This document shows positions 23,745 through 34,360 of a stretch of DNA of 64,000 nucleotides, in pieces. The stretch comes from an archaeon (GTDB taxonomy: Archaea > AGJL01 > Methanococci > Methanococcales > Methanocaldococcaceae), in assembly GCA_024278985.1 (NCBI GenBank), contig JAJRSC010000005.1, positions 1 through 64,000 of the forward strand, in the 5' to 3' direction. The translations under genes were made by a program, and so were the position numbers. The stretch's first letter is position 1. Each line of letters starts with the position of its first letter. The notes under the pieces were generated by a model. That model saw nothing but the letters and a program-made list of their open reading frames with translations. It made no database searches and was not told where the DNA came from.

Positions 23745-24652
23745 TATACCACCTTACAGTCAAATATTTTAACATTCTCATTAATTAATCTATTTATTAA
23801 CTCTTTTTCTCTACTTTCATCAACTAAAATTAAAACACACCCTCCTCCCCCAGCACCAGTTAATTTAGCACCATAACCATATATATTTCCAATTTCAACA
23901 ATCTTATCAATTTTTGGTGTAGATATGTTAAGTTTTTTTAATAGTAAATGATTTCTATACATTAAATTACCTAAGATTCTTTTATCATCAATATTATAAA
24001 ATTCATCAATAAGTGCATCAATTTCTTTAAAAATAATATCCTTATCCTTACATTTAGCCACGTCTTTTATTATTTCAGATGTTCCTTTTTTTCTGTTCTC
24101 TACAAATACCACCAAAAATTTACAACTTTTTAACAAATCATTGTTTATTTTTTTCATTTTGTTTTTTTTTATTTCTAAGGTTCCCTTATAGGTTATAGTT
24201 GCTGTATCTGTTCTACTTGCTTTTCCTTGGACTTCCTTTTCCACTTGATAACCAAGTTCAGCAATCTCATCATCAGTTAATGAGTATCCAAAAAAATTAG
24301 ATATTCCTCTAATTAAGGAGAGGGTAATAGATGCAGAACTACCTAATCCACAACTAACAGGAATTTGTGAAGATATTTCTGTAAAAATTCCATTATTTAT
24401 ATCTAAATACTCATAAACCTTTTTTATAGCCATAAGGGAATATTTAAAATCTCCAAATTTTAGAGGATTTATTGTTTTAAGTTCCTCTAAGTTAATAGTT
24501 AATGATTTATTTAGATTATGTAAGTATAGTGTTATGTCATTACTCTCTTTAATGTTGACATAAGAGTAAAGGTTTATGGCCATGGATATAGCTCTATATC
24601 CATAAACAACTGCATGCTCTCCAAAAAGTATTGCTTTAGCTGGACTTTTCAT
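23741..24652 (-). CDS. mvk: Mevalonate kinase
   Basis: PAKAILFGEHAVVYG, GLGSSAS, KLTGAGGGG. Confidence 0.95.
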   Translation of the reverse strand: MKSPAKAILFGEHAVVYGYRAISMAINLYSYVNIKESNDITLYLHNLNKSLTINLEELKTINPLKFGDFKYSLMAIKKVYEYLDINNGIFTEISSQIPVSCGLGSSASITLSLIRGISNFFGYSLTDDEIAELGYQVEKEVQGKASRTDTATITYKGTLEIKKNKMKKINNDLLKSCKFLVVFVENRKKGTSEIIKDVAKCKDKDIIFKEIDALIDEFYNIDDKRILGNLMYRNHLLLKKLNISTPKIDKIVEIGNIYGYGAKLTGAGGGGCVLILVDESREKELINRLINENVKIFDCKVVY

Positions 24653-26075
24653 AATTTATCATCTTTTTTAAATTTTCAATTCTTCTTACAGAAATCTCAT
24701 TATATATTTCTTTAAGAATACTTTTCTCAAAGTCCATATTTTCAGATAATTTAATTATATATGTATATTTTGCATCAATATTTTTATTTGTTAATATAAT
24801 TAAATTAAGATTGTCTATTAAAAGAGAAAAAACTTTTCTTATAGGTATTGAGGAAATAACATTTAAAAACCCTTCTAAATTAAAATCTATGTCTATTGAT
24901 TCATTGACAATTATAAGAAAATTTTCAAATCCAATTTCTTTAATATTTTCTAATATACTAATTATTTTTTTATTTTCAAGATTTTCAAAATCTGTTAAAT
25001 CTAATAGAACTAACATATTTTTTGGATTGTTTGTTAGCACTTTATAAAATATTTTATCTTCATAAATTCCCAAGAATTTTATAACTAAACTATATTCAAG
25101 ATATTTATCTAAAACCTCCTTACTGTAAAACTTTGTTGAATACCATAGTGGTCTGGTTGTATTAAAAAATAAATTATTATTTACTTTCTTTTTAAGGCTT
25201 ATAATATTTCTTTTTTCTTCTAAGTGATTATATAGAGAATCCAAACTAATTTTATCTCCAAAATTTAAAGATAAAAGATATTTTATTAAGTATCCTTCTT
25301 CAAATGTCTCTAATTTGAAAATTTCACATAGATATTTTAATTCTTTATATTCTTCATATTCTTTATATGAGTGAATTCCTAACTCCTTAGCTATATAATA
25401 ATCCTTAGCACATTCAAATCCTAAAAAAAGGGCATCGTTATAATCATAGGCATTAGTGAATCCTCTTTTTAGAGCATCAATATATTCATCATAATTACCA
25501 AAACCATTTTTAATTGCCTCTAAAAAAGTATTAAAATCTTTAAAATTGTTCTTAATACAAAATTTATATACATCACAATCATTATTAATAATGGTACTTT
25601 CTCTATAACCTTTAAATAAATAATGAAGTATATATAGGCCATCAAAAGGTTCTAAAATTTTCTCCTCTACTAATTTTCTATAACTTCCTATAAAACCCAA
25701 TTTTTTAGCTTTAAAGTATTCTTTAACATCTGAAAAGCCTGAATTTTTAAATTTTTTATATTCCTCTAAATCATTAAAATATTTTTTAAAAATATAATAT
25801 TCTTCTGCATCAAAGCCTAAATTCTTAGCTTCTATATAGTCATATAATGTTTTAAAACCATTAGCATCAATATAAAAAATTTTCCCATCTTTTAATGTAA
25901 AAAAGATATCCATAAATTTATCTTTATATTTAAACACTTTATTATTTGGTAGTATTGATAAAAATGTTTCTATATTGTTAATCTTAAACATTTCATATTC
26001 ATCAAAGTTAGGAACCTCAATATTTTCCAATTTTAAAGATTTTATTTTTAATACTACATTCTTAATATTTACCAT
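24636..26075 (-). CDS. Hypothetical protein with about 14-aa tandem GF repeats
   Basis: Repeated GFxxxxEYxxAxxLGF-like units; possible degenerate PIN/NYN C-terminus. Confidence 0.75.
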   Translation of the reverse strand: MVNIKNVVLKIKSLKLENIEVPNFDEYEMFKINNIETFLSILPNNKVFKYKDKFMDIFFTLKDGKIFYIDANGFKTLYDYIEAKNLGFDAEEYYIFKKYFNDLEEYKKFKNSGFSDVKEYFKAKKLGFIGSYRKLVEEKILEPFDGLYILHYLFKGYRESTIINNDCDVYKFCIKNNFKDFNTFLEAIKNGFGNYDEYIDALKRGFTNAYDYNDALFLGFECAKDYYIAKELGIHSYKEYEEYKELKYLCEIFKLETFEEGYLIKYLLSLNFGDKISLDSLYNHLEEKRNIISLKKKVNNNLFFNTTRPLWYSTKFYSKEVLDKYLEYSLVIKFLGIYEDKIFYKVLTNNPKNMLVLLDLTDFENLENKKIISILENIKEIGFENFLIIVNESIDIDFNLEGFLNVISSIPIRKVFSLLIDNLNLIILTNKNIDAKYTYIIKLSENMDFEKSILKEIYNEISVRRIENLKKMINYEKSS

Positions 26076-26227
26076 ATCAATTACCTTAAAAAATCAAAAA
26101 TTATTATAAAAATTTTAAAAAATAAAATAAATACTTTTCTTTTTAATAAGTCTAAAATTTCAATTCTTAAAAAGTTTATTAACAGCTATTTTAGTTATAA
26201 AAATATTTAAATAAAGGCTTTATAATG

Positions 26228-28087
26228 CTATTGTTCTTTTATTAGTTCTTTTAATTCATCTAAAAAGTTCTTATAACCAACTCTCTTCATAACATGGGCT
26301 AATCTCTCTCTTTGTGGTTTTTGAGAATATTTATTATATAAGTAAATAACTCCATCAATTATTTTTATTAATTCATCCAAATCTTTAACTTTTGTATTTA
26401 CTCCTATAATACTTCCTCTTCCTGATTTTCCTCCAATATACACCATATAACCATTTTCTTTTATTATTCTTGCTTCATTTGGACAGTTATCTATACACTT
26501 ACCACAGCCAACACATAAATTGTAATTTGTGTATGATACTGAACCTCTAATATATATACACTCTGGCTTACACACTTCAAAGCATCTTCCACATCCATTA
26601 CACTTATCTTCTAAAACTGTTGGATATCTTACTCCTACAATTCCAATATCATGAATATCTGGCCTTACACATCCAGAAGGACATCCACTAATTGCAATTT
26701 TAAGTTTATTAGGTGTTGGTTTTTCTTTAAATTTTTCATTTAATATTTTAGCCAACTCTGTTGTATCTATATTTCCATTTGTACAGTTATTTGCTCCAGG
26801 ACATGCTAATACACTTCTAACTAATGGCCCCTCTGAACCAGTAGATAATCCTACAGACTTAAGTTCATTTATAATATCTTCAATATCATAACCATTTGCC
26901 TTATGAAGTTCAAAACTGTCTCTATTTGTTAATTCTATTTTTAGATTATATTTTTTTGCTATCTTTAAAACATTTTCTATATCTTCATATGTATAAAATC
27001 CTGATGGTTTTGCTCTTAATCTTATAAAGAATGTTCCATCAGGTCTTTTTTTAACTCCTGGATAATCAGCTGCCCAATAAAATGATATTGGAAGATTATT
27101 GTTTTTTCTTCTTTCAACTTCTTTTTTAAATCTTTTAAGTTTTTTCTCTTCTAATTTTTTAATTTTTTCAATATTAACTCCTTCATATAATTCAATTGCC
27201 TTTTTTATTTCTTCTCCTTTTTTAGTTCTTATAATAACTGTTGAATAACCATCAGGTGAACCAACAGACCCAACAGAAACATCTGCAAGTTCAGCAGTAA
27301 AATCTCTACAAATTAAACAACCTTTACAAACTTCAAACTCCTCTATTTTAAATTCTTCAACTCTATCCTCTAAATAAACTAAAAATTTACCTCTCTTAAT
27401 ATCAAATTTTTTGACATCTTTAATATTAATTCCTCTATCTTCTAAAACTTTTTTTAAGCTTTCATATTCAAATTTCTCCATACAAAATAATCCAATTAAA
27501 TACTCTATTTTTGGCAATTTTACTGGTTTTCCATCTTTTCCAAGTTCATAATCATGTTTATTAAGATATGCAAAATATTTCAACTTTCTTAAACCATTAA
27601 TTTGGCAAGGTAATCCAACAACTGCAACCTTTTTTAATCCTAATTTACCAGCCTCTTTTAAAGCTTCAAGAGTTGAAACTGTATATTTTGATTTAGTTCC
27701 TTTTATTATATCCTCAGATGTTTGAACTATCATAGAAACAGGTTTCCAATATTCATTTTTTCCTACAACTATAGCCCCATCTATTTTATTATTCTCAATT
27801 AAATACTTTAAAAAAGAACTTACAACTCCACCATCTTGCCCTTCAATATCACCCTTTCCATAATAATATTCTTCCTTAAAGTTTTCTCTAATTTTTATTT
27901 GATATTTTCCAGAAGAAACTCTTGGACATGTCTCAAAACACATTCCATGCCCTTTTCTTAAACATTCTTCTTTTAAGTATGGTCTATCTTTAAAATCTAC
28001 AATGTTATTGGGACATACAATAGCACATACTGAACATTTAGCACACATATCTGTATTAACTATCTTACTCTCTAAAAGCCATTCCAT
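26228..28087 (-). CDS. fsr: Coenzyme F420-dependent sulfite reductase
   Basis: N-terminal FrhB-like domain (GQDGGVV, VGLPCQ) fused to siroheme domain (ACPGANNC, SGCPSGC) with ferredoxin insert. Confidence 0.93.
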   Translation of the reverse strand: MEWLLESKIVNTDMCAKCSVCAIVCPNNIVDFKDRPYLKEECLRKGHGMCFETCPRVSSGKYQIKIRENFKEEYYYGKGDIEGQDGGVVSSFLKYLIENNKIDGAIVVGKNEYWKPVSMIVQTSEDIIKGTKSKYTVSTLEALKEAGKLGLKKVAVVGLPCQINGLRKLKYFAYLNKHDYELGKDGKPVKLPKIEYLIGLFCMEKFEYESLKKVLEDRGINIKDVKKFDIKRGKFLVYLEDRVEEFKIEEFEVCKGCLICRDFTAELADVSVGSVGSPDGYSTVIIRTKKGEEIKKAIELYEGVNIEKIKKLEEKKLKRFKKEVERRKNNNLPISFYWAADYPGVKKRPDGTFFIRLRAKPSGFYTYEDIENVLKIAKKYNLKIELTNRDSFELHKANGYDIEDIINELKSVGLSTGSEGPLVRSVLACPGANNCTNGNIDTTELAKILNEKFKEKPTPNKLKIAISGCPSGCVRPDIHDIGIVGVRYPTVLEDKCNGCGRCFEVCKPECIYIRGSVSYTNYNLCVGCGKCIDNCPNEARIIKENGYMVYIGGKSGRGSIIGVNTKVKDLDELIKIIDGVIYLYNKYSQKPQRERLAHVMKRVGYKNFLDELKELIKEQ

Positions 28088-28137
28088 AACAATTCACCTA
28101 AAAAAATATTATTAATAATAGGAATGTATTTTTTCTA

Positions 28138-28245
28138 TTATTTTATACATTATCTATTATATAGCTTATATTTTATAAATTTATATTTTTGTTATTTTAT
28201 ACATTATCTATTATATAGCTTATATTTTATAAATTTATATTTTTG
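28138..28245. repeat. Perfect 54-bp tandem duplication
   Basis: TTATTTTATACATTATCTATTATATAGCTTATATTTTATAAATTTATATTTTTG at 28138-28191 and 28192-28245. Confidence 0.93.
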
Positions 28246-29420
28246 TTTATCCATTTATCTAATGTTATTTTTTCTTTATAATAATTTGTTTTAATTGGAT
28301 AGAAAGATATCTCTCCATACTTTCCTCCACCACCTGGAAGAATATATATTTTACCTTCTCTAAACAATTTTATAGCTTCTCCAACTCTTTCATGAATTTC
28401 TTTTAATTCTTTAATATCTGCATTTATTAAGACATCTATTTCATTTCCATATTTGTTAATAAATGTCTCCCATATCCTTTGAACAGATTTTGTAAATATT
28501 CCCTTACCAATAGTTAAACTAATAATCTCAGCTAATGGAATTATTTTAATATATTTAGCCCTAAAATTTGGATGTTCTATTTTTCCATCACTCAACTCTA
28601 AAACTCTATCATAAACTCCTTTTTTTATTCTTCCTCCACATTCAGGACATTTAAAATTAAATTTTTTAGCATCCTCTAACTTAAATTTTATATAACATTT
28701 AGAACAGGCAGTTAAATGATATTTTCCAAGTTTTGGGTCTAATCCATAATTTGCTATAACTTTTTTATTTTTTATTGCCCTTTTTATTTCTTCAAAGTTA
28801 TCCTCCAGTCCTCCAATATTATCAACTATTAACTGATTAAATTCTCTTCCCAACCTATGGGGATGATAAGAGTGTGCATCAGAATTACTTAAAAATACAA
28901 ACTCTCTAAGTTCTTTAATCATATCTGCCATATCAGAATCTGCTGATAATCCTAACTCAATAAAATCTGGTTTTTTTTCATAACATTGATAAATTGAGTC
29001 AAAACTCTTATATATTGAAGTCCAAGGAACAAATGCATGAGCTGGCCCTATTAAAGAATCTGCTTCTCTAACAATCTCTAAAATTTCTCTTCCAGATAGG
29101 TATATTTTTGGCCTTCCTTCTTTGTCTATATCTTTAGAATATTTTTTAAACCTCTCTCTTAACTCTTCAGCTTTTTCTATATTTGGAACAATAATAAGAT
29201 GATGTACCCTATCTTTATCTTCTACTTCAGTAGTTAAAATTATATTTTTATCTTTAAATTCTTTTATTTCCTTTAAATATTCTGGATTTAAACAGTCTCC
29301 CGTTCCAACAATATCAAGACCTTTAATTTTACTGTATTTTATAATATTTCTTAAATTCATATCTTTAGATGTTCCTCCAGAATACTTAGAGTGTATATGT
29401 AAATCTACATTAACTATCAT
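28227..29420 (-). CDS. PHP-domain/Zn-finger protein, endonuclease Q-like (TIGR00375)
   Basis: DLHIHSKYS, NSDAHS, GKYHLTACSKC...CPECGG, PGGGGKYG. Confidence 0.85.
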   Translation of the reverse strand: MIVNVDLHIHSKYSGGTSKDMNLRNIIKYSKIKGLDIVGTGDCLNPEYLKEIKEFKDKNIILTTEVEDKDRVHHLIIVPNIEKAEELRERFKKYSKDIDKEGRPKIYLSGREILEIVREADSLIGPAHAFVPWTSIYKSFDSIYQCYEKKPDFIELGLSADSDMADMIKELREFVFLSNSDAHSYHPHRLGREFNQLIVDNIGGLEDNFEEIKRAIKNKKVIANYGLDPKLGKYHLTACSKCYIKFKLEDAKKFNFKCPECGGRIKKGVYDRVLELSDGKIEHPNFRAKYIKIIPLAEIISLTIGKGIFTKSVQRIWETFINKYGNEIDVLINADIKELKEIHERVGEAIKLFREGKIYILPGGGGKYGEISFYPIKTNYYKEKITLDKWINKNINL

Positions 29421-29421
29421 T

Positions 29422-30279
29422 TTAGTATCTCCCCATCTTTTTAGCTAACTCCAATAATCTTTTAATTCTTTCTTCTGTTGGAGGATGTGTTGAGAATAAT
29501 TTAGCAATAAAGTCTGACCTAAATGGATTTACTATAAATAAATGTGCTGTTGCTGGATTTCCTCTTTCAAGTGGATATAACTCAACTCCCTTTTCTAACT
29601 TTGCCAATGCATTGGCTAACCATAATGGATGGGTTAATTTTGCCCCAGTTTCATCTGCTAAAAACTCTCTCTGTCTTGATATAGCAAACTGTATTAATGT
29701 TGCTGCTATAGGGGCTAAGATAATTAATAAAAGTGTCCCAATAAACTCTAATGGATTACCATCCTCTTCTTCACTTCTAAACATCCAACCAAACCACATA
29801 AACCATTCTGCTATATAGGTTATTGCTCCTGCCAAAGTTGCAACAATTGTGGATATAAGAATATCTCTATTTATGATATGACCTATTTCATGTCCAATAA
29901 CTCCCTCCAATTCTTCAGGAGATAACAACTCTAAAATTCCCTCTGTTACTGCTACTACTGCATTCTCTGGATTTCTACCAGTAGCAAAGGCATTTGGTGT
30001 AGCTATAGGAACTAAGGCAACCTTAGGTTTTGGAATTCCTGCCTTTCTTGCAACTCTTTCAACTATAGAATGAAGCCATGGAAGTTCATCCCTTTCTAAT
30101 ATTTTTGCATTGTAAGAAGCTAAAACTAATTTGTCAGAAAAAAAGTATGCTATTATGTTTGGGATAAGGGCTATTATTATAGCAAAAAATGGAGGAATAT
30201 GTAATAACCAACAAATTGCATATATCAATCCAGTTAATAATGCCAATAATAGATAAGTTTTTAATGTTTCCCATAACAT
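29422..30279 (-). CDS. htpX: Zinc metalloprotease HtpX
   Basis: PNAFATG, HEIGH, SRQREFLAD, STHPP. Confidence 0.95.
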   Translation of the reverse strand: MLWETLKTYLLLALLTGLIYAICWLLHIPPFFAIIIALIPNIIAYFFSDKLVLASYNAKILERDELPWLHSIVERVARKAGIPKPKVALVPIATPNAFATGRNPENAVVAVTEGILELLSPEELEGVIGHEIGHIINRDILISTIVATLAGAITYIAEWFMWFGWMFRSEEEDGNPLEFIGTLLLIILAPIAATLIQFAISRQREFLADETGAKLTHPLWLANALAKLEKGVELYPLERGNPATAHLFIVNPFRSDFIAKLFSTHPPTEERIKRLLELAKKMGRY

Positions 30280-30286
30280 ATATTTT

Positions 30287-31567
30287 TCACCTTCTTAATA
30301 GTTCTCTTAATACTGATGTAGCATAACATCCCTTTTTAAGGGAAAATCTTAATATGTAACTATTACTATCTATTGAATAATCTAAATTATATATTTTTTG
30401 TATCATTTCTCTCCTATCTCCCTGAAAGTATCCAAACTTATCAATTTTGAATTTTTCCTTACTTAAGTTTTCTTCTTCATAAACTTCTCTCTCAATTTCT
30501 CCCTGAATTCCTGATGCAAATCTAACCTTATACCCAAATAAAGGTGCTGATGGAAAATTATCGATTAATATATCCCCCTCTAATTTATTAAATCCATATT
30601 CATATCTTCTATTAACTATTTCATTAAATAAATAGGATTGATAAGCATTGACAAACATACACCTTAAATATGGTGGTAATGCTAAAAATGCCTCTTTATA
30701 ACTGTTAGTTTTTAAGTAAATTTTAATCATCTTTCTTTCATAAATAAAAACTCTTGGGTATTTTCTATATGCCTCTTTAAAATCTTCTTCATCTACCAAC
30801 TTTCTTGCAAGTTTTGATTTTTCATCATCATTAGGTAGAGGAGTTCCACAGTATAGATAAAAAGCATTTTCCCAATCTCTCTCCAAAATAAGTTTTCCAA
30901 CAATATGAGTTATTGGTCTTTTTTCTCCAAATCTCTGAATTCCATAGTAGTTTAAAAAAATCTTATATTCTTTTTTAATTTTTTTTAAAAGAGATTTATC
31001 TAAAACTTCTGGCTCCCTAACTCTTATAGTAAATCTATTACCCCATAAATGTCCAAGTTTAATTTTTTTATTAGTTTTTTGAAAGTCTCTTAAAACAATA
31101 TTCTTTATTTTTACATTTTTTAATTTGTTAAGATTAACATTAAAACATCCAACTCTTTGAGTGGTTATAGCAACTTTATCCTTATTCCCAGCAAATCCAA
31201 AATGTTTTCTTGAAACTCCTACTCTCTTAGCAATTTCAACTATTGCATCTAATGTTGTCCAGTTCTTTTTTTCGAGTGTAAAATGAATAAAATTTCCTTT
31301 CCAGTTATCAACATCTTTAAATTTAATAGATTTTCCTACTTCTAAAATAATCCCTTCAGGAGTTATTTCTTCAACAATAAAATCCTCAGGATATTTTTTT
31401 ATAATACCCCCAGTATAGAAGTTTGTTAGATATCTATTTAAATTTAAAGGCATTTTTTTAAAATACTCTTTAATAACTTTATCCCTAAATTTTAATCTAA
31501 ACCTTTTACTTTTTTCCTTTAAATTTTTTATAGTTTCTTCTTTTCTTTTTATAATATGAAATTTCAT
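30287..31567 (-). CDS. truD: tRNA pseudouridine(13) synthase
   Basis: EDFIVEE, AGNKDKVAITTQ, NYYGIQRFG. Confidence 0.94.
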   Translation of the reverse strand: MKFHIIKRKEETIKNLKEKSKRFRLKFRDKVIKEYFKKMPLNLNRYLTNFYTGGIIKKYPEDFIVEEITPEGIILEVGKSIKFKDVDNWKGNFIHFTLEKKNWTTLDAIVEIAKRVGVSRKHFGFAGNKDKVAITTQRVGCFNVNLNKLKNVKIKNIVLRDFQKTNKKIKLGHLWGNRFTIRVREPEVLDKSLLKKIKKEYKIFLNYYGIQRFGEKRPITHIVGKLILERDWENAFYLYCGTPLPNDDEKSKLARKLVDEEDFKEAYRKYPRVFIYERKMIKIYLKTNSYKEAFLALPPYLRCMFVNAYQSYLFNEIVNRRYEYGFNKLEGDILIDNFPSAPLFGYKVRFASGIQGEIEREVYEEENLSKEKFKIDKFGYFQGDRREMIQKIYNLDYSIDSNSYILRFSLKKGCYATSVLRELLRR

Positions 31568-31617
31568 AACTAATCCCTATTAACAGTAAATAAAAATTAT
31601 TGAGGTGAATACCTTAT

Positions 31618-31752
31618 ATGATAAATATAAACATAGATAACTTAAATAAATATATAAAAAAAGTCATATGTCCAAAATGTAAATATTCTTTTAAAACAGT
31701 TGGAAAAAGAGTTATATGTCCAAAATGTAAGACTATAATAACAATTCAATAG
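31618..31752 (+). CDS. Small zinc-ribbon protein, 44 aa (not in ORF track)
   Basis: MININIDNLNKYIKKVICPKCKYSFKTVGKRVICPKCKTIITIQ*; two CPKC motifs; GAGGTGA RBS upstream. Confidence 0.75.
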   Translation: MININIDNLNKYIKKVICPKCKYSFKTVGKRVICPKCKTIITIQ

Positions 31753-32440
31753 CTATATAAACTGCCTGTATTATTGTTTCATAAAATATGGTTTTATTTT
31801 TATATAAGCTTCTTGTTCCTGTTAGTTGATTCTCTACATATAATCCAAAAGGTCTTAAATTTAAAGTTATCTTATTTTTTTCTCCAGAAACAATTATTTC
31901 ATTAATATCTTCCTCATAACTCCATTTTTTTATAATATTATTTTCTTTCATCTTATTTAATATTCTAAAAATCTCCTTTTTTATTTTTTCTAAATCTTTC
32001 TTAGACATATATAAAGCATCATCCAATTCAAATTTTAACTGAATATATAATCCAACGACAAACTCAACCATTGAGTATATTAACTCCTCTTCAATATTAC
32101 AAACTACCCTATCGTTGAGTATGGGAATATCAAAATAGCTAACTTTCTTATCTTTATATTCCTCTAAATCATATATGTTAATATTTTTTTCTTTTATTAT
32201 TAAATAATCAAAAACTTCAATCCATATTTTTGAAGTTGCTTTAAATACAATAAGCCAAATATCAGATACAATAGCAGCAGTTGTAGACTCAGATTTATAT
32301 ATAATTTTTATGTTATACTCTTTAGATAATTCCTTTAATTTTTTATAGATTATATTATTAAAATTAAGATTTTTTATTTTATTAATTATATCCTTATCAT
32401 ACTCCGAAATTTCTATAGGATAATTTTTTAGGCTATACAT
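31733..32440 (-). CDS. Hypothetical protein
   Basis: 235-aa ORF; no motif recognised. Confidence 0.7.
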   Translation of the reverse strand: MYSLKNYPIEISEYDKDIINKIKNLNFNNIIYKKLKELSKEYNIKIIYKSESTTAAIVSDIWLIVFKATSKIWIEVFDYLIIKEKNINIYDLEEYKDKKVSYFDIPILNDRVVCNIEEELIYSMVEFVVGLYIQLKFELDDALYMSKKDLEKIKKEIFRILNKMKENNIIKKWSYEEDINEIIVSGEKNKITLNLRPFGLYVENQLTGTRSLYKNKTIFYETIIQAVYIAIELLL

Positions 32441-32502
32441 ATCTTCATCACATATAATATATTATTAAAAATTTTTAAAAGATAAAAGATAAAAAATTAT
32501 AT

Positions 32503-33591
32503 TTATTTCTCAATTATTGTTTCTTTAATAGCCATTCCAAAGTGTCTTGCGTATTCTTCTGGTTTTATTAAAACTTTATCTCCTGGTTTTAAATCAACAA
32601 CTGATACTGGTTCTCCATTTTCATTTACTAATCTTATAGTTTCAGCATTTTGTAATATTGTTCTAATTATGTCTCCTTTATACTCAGCTTCAATTAAAAT
32701 TAATGGTCTTCTCTCTATTTTAACTCTCCCTACTATTGCCTCTCTTGCATTCCCCTCTTTATCAACAATTAAAACCTTATCTCCTGCTTTTAATTCACTT
32801 AAATATTTTGTTTTATTGCCAGGGACTAATATATATGCATGAACAGGGCCAGCATTAACTCTGAATGGTCTTGTTTCAACATAAGGATTTTCAACAGTTT
32901 CAGAATGTACTAAGAATAATCCCCTTGAATATGAGCCAATTAACATTCCTTCTCCTATTTTCATTAATGAGCATGTATCAATACAAACTCTGTCCCCACT
33001 ACCAATAGGTTCAACTTTTGTTATTGTTGCAACATCCAAATTAATTTTTTCTTTATTAATATCCTCTATAATCTTAGATAATTCCTTTATATCTTCTAAA
33101 TCTTTTGGTTGTAAAAGAACACCATCAGTCCCTTTCTCTAAAATTTCATATGATGTTTTTGCATCTTCAAGATTATTTACACTTGCTATAATTTTAACAT
33201 CCCTGTTAAATAAATCAGCTATTAAATTTTCTAAAGGTATTATTTTCCAATCTTTACCTTCAATTATTATATAATCTATAAATCCAAATCTTGCAACTTC
33301 TGAAGCAAATTCTTCATCCTCTTTACTCTCAATTGGAATATATATAGCTGTCTCTTTTCCTTTTTCCTTAGCTTCTTTCAAAAACTCAATATTATCATTC
33401 TTAGAAATTAAAACAATATCTGCATCCAAACTATGTGAAGCAACTTTAATATTTCCTAACTCTTTTATCTTCTTAATATCCTCTGGTTTAGCAACAACAA
33501 CAGGGATTGAACTCTCTAAAGCCATCTTTACTTTCTCTTTTCTTTCTTCCCAATTATCTCCATCTGCTAATACCCAACCAAATTTTACCAT
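32503..33591 (-). CDS. 3-dehydroquinate synthase II
   Basis: GDRVCIDTC, RPFRVNAGPVHAY, LQNAETIRL, ARHFG. Confidence 0.93.
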   Translation of the reverse strand: MVKFGWVLADGDNWEERKEKVKMALESSIPVVVAKPEDIKKIKELGNIKVASHSLDADIVLISKNDNIEFLKEAKEKGKETAIYIPIESKEDEEFASEVARFGFIDYIIIEGKDWKIIPLENLIADLFNRDVKIIASVNNLEDAKTSYEILEKGTDGVLLQPKDLEDIKELSKIIEDINKEKINLDVATITKVEPIGSGDRVCIDTCSLMKIGEGMLIGSYSRGLFLVHSETVENPYVETRPFRVNAGPVHAYILVPGNKTKYLSELKAGDKVLIVDKEGNAREAIVGRVKIERRPLILIEAEYKGDIIRTILQNAETIRLVNENGEPVSVVDLKPGDKVLIKPEEYARHFGMAIKETIIEK

Positions 33592-33601
33592 AACTATCAA
33601 C

Positions 33602-34114
33602 CTATAATAAATTGTTATGTTTTTTTATTATATCTTTTTCCTTCTTATTTAATATTTTCATTAGTTTAGAAATTATCAAATCCAAATATATTAAAACAGT
33701 CTGTTCAAAACAGGTCCCCATAGGAAGATATTCATTTTTATCAACATCAATAATTATTGAAATACCTCCTAAATCTTTTATTTTACTTTGTGGGGTAGTT
33801 ATTACTATAATATTATTATTAATCAACTTAGCTTTTTTAATTATACTTGTTATTGTTTCACATTTTCCAGTTCTTGATATAATAATTAGGATATCATCCT
33901 TCTCATATGCAGGAGCTTCTGATAAAAAGAAAACTCTAAAATCTAAATGCATTAGCCTCATGGCAAAACATCTTCCAACATATCCACTTCTACCAATTCC
34001 AAATATAAATATTCTGTTAGCTTTTAATATACTATCTATAAAAATAGATGTTTCTTTACTATTTAAGAGATTTTTAAGATTTTTAATATTTTTAAGAACA
34101 ATGTCTAACTCCAA
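33602..34114 (-). CDS. phi: 6-phospho-3-hexuloisomerase (SIS domain)
   Basis: GIGRSG, FAMRLMHL, PMGTCFEQ, C-terminal HNNL. Confidence 0.88.
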   Translation of the reverse strand: MELDIVLKNIKNLKNLLNSKETSIFIDSILKANRIFIFGIGRSGYVGRCFAMRLMHLDFRVFFLSEAPAYEKDDILIIISRTGKCETITSIIKKAKLINNNIIVITTPQSKIKDLGGISIIIDVDKNEYLPMGTCFEQTVLIYLDLIISKLMKILNKKEKDIIKKHNNLL

Positions 34115-34174
34115 AATATAACACCTTTTTAATTAATATAAATTAATAAATATAAAGTCATAAAAAAAATAAAA

Positions 34175-34287
34175 TGGTGGGGGTGCTGGGATTTGAACCC
34201 AGGTCCGGGGATTTCTCCTGCCGGGTGGTCCAGCGCCCTATAGGCAACTGGAGTCCCCGATGATAGACCAGGCTACACCACACCCCC
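34175..34287 (-). tRNA. tRNA-Trp(CCA) with 35-nt intron at 37/38 (34213-34247)
   Basis: Minus strand GGGGGTG...GGGGA-CTCCAG-[intron]-A-TCCCC...GGTTCAAATCC...CACCCCCACCA; bulge-helix-bulge with CTCC/GGAG central helix. Confidence 0.95.
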
Positions 34288-34360
34288 AATAAACTAATAA
34301 AATGATTAAATTAAAAAAGGGATATATAAATCTTTCCTTAATTAATTTTTTTAAAAATTT

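Noticed and set aside
34213-34247. tRNA-Trp intron as a box C/D guide RNA
   Set aside because: Only 35 nt with no RTGATGA/CTGA boxes; an ordinary BHB intron.
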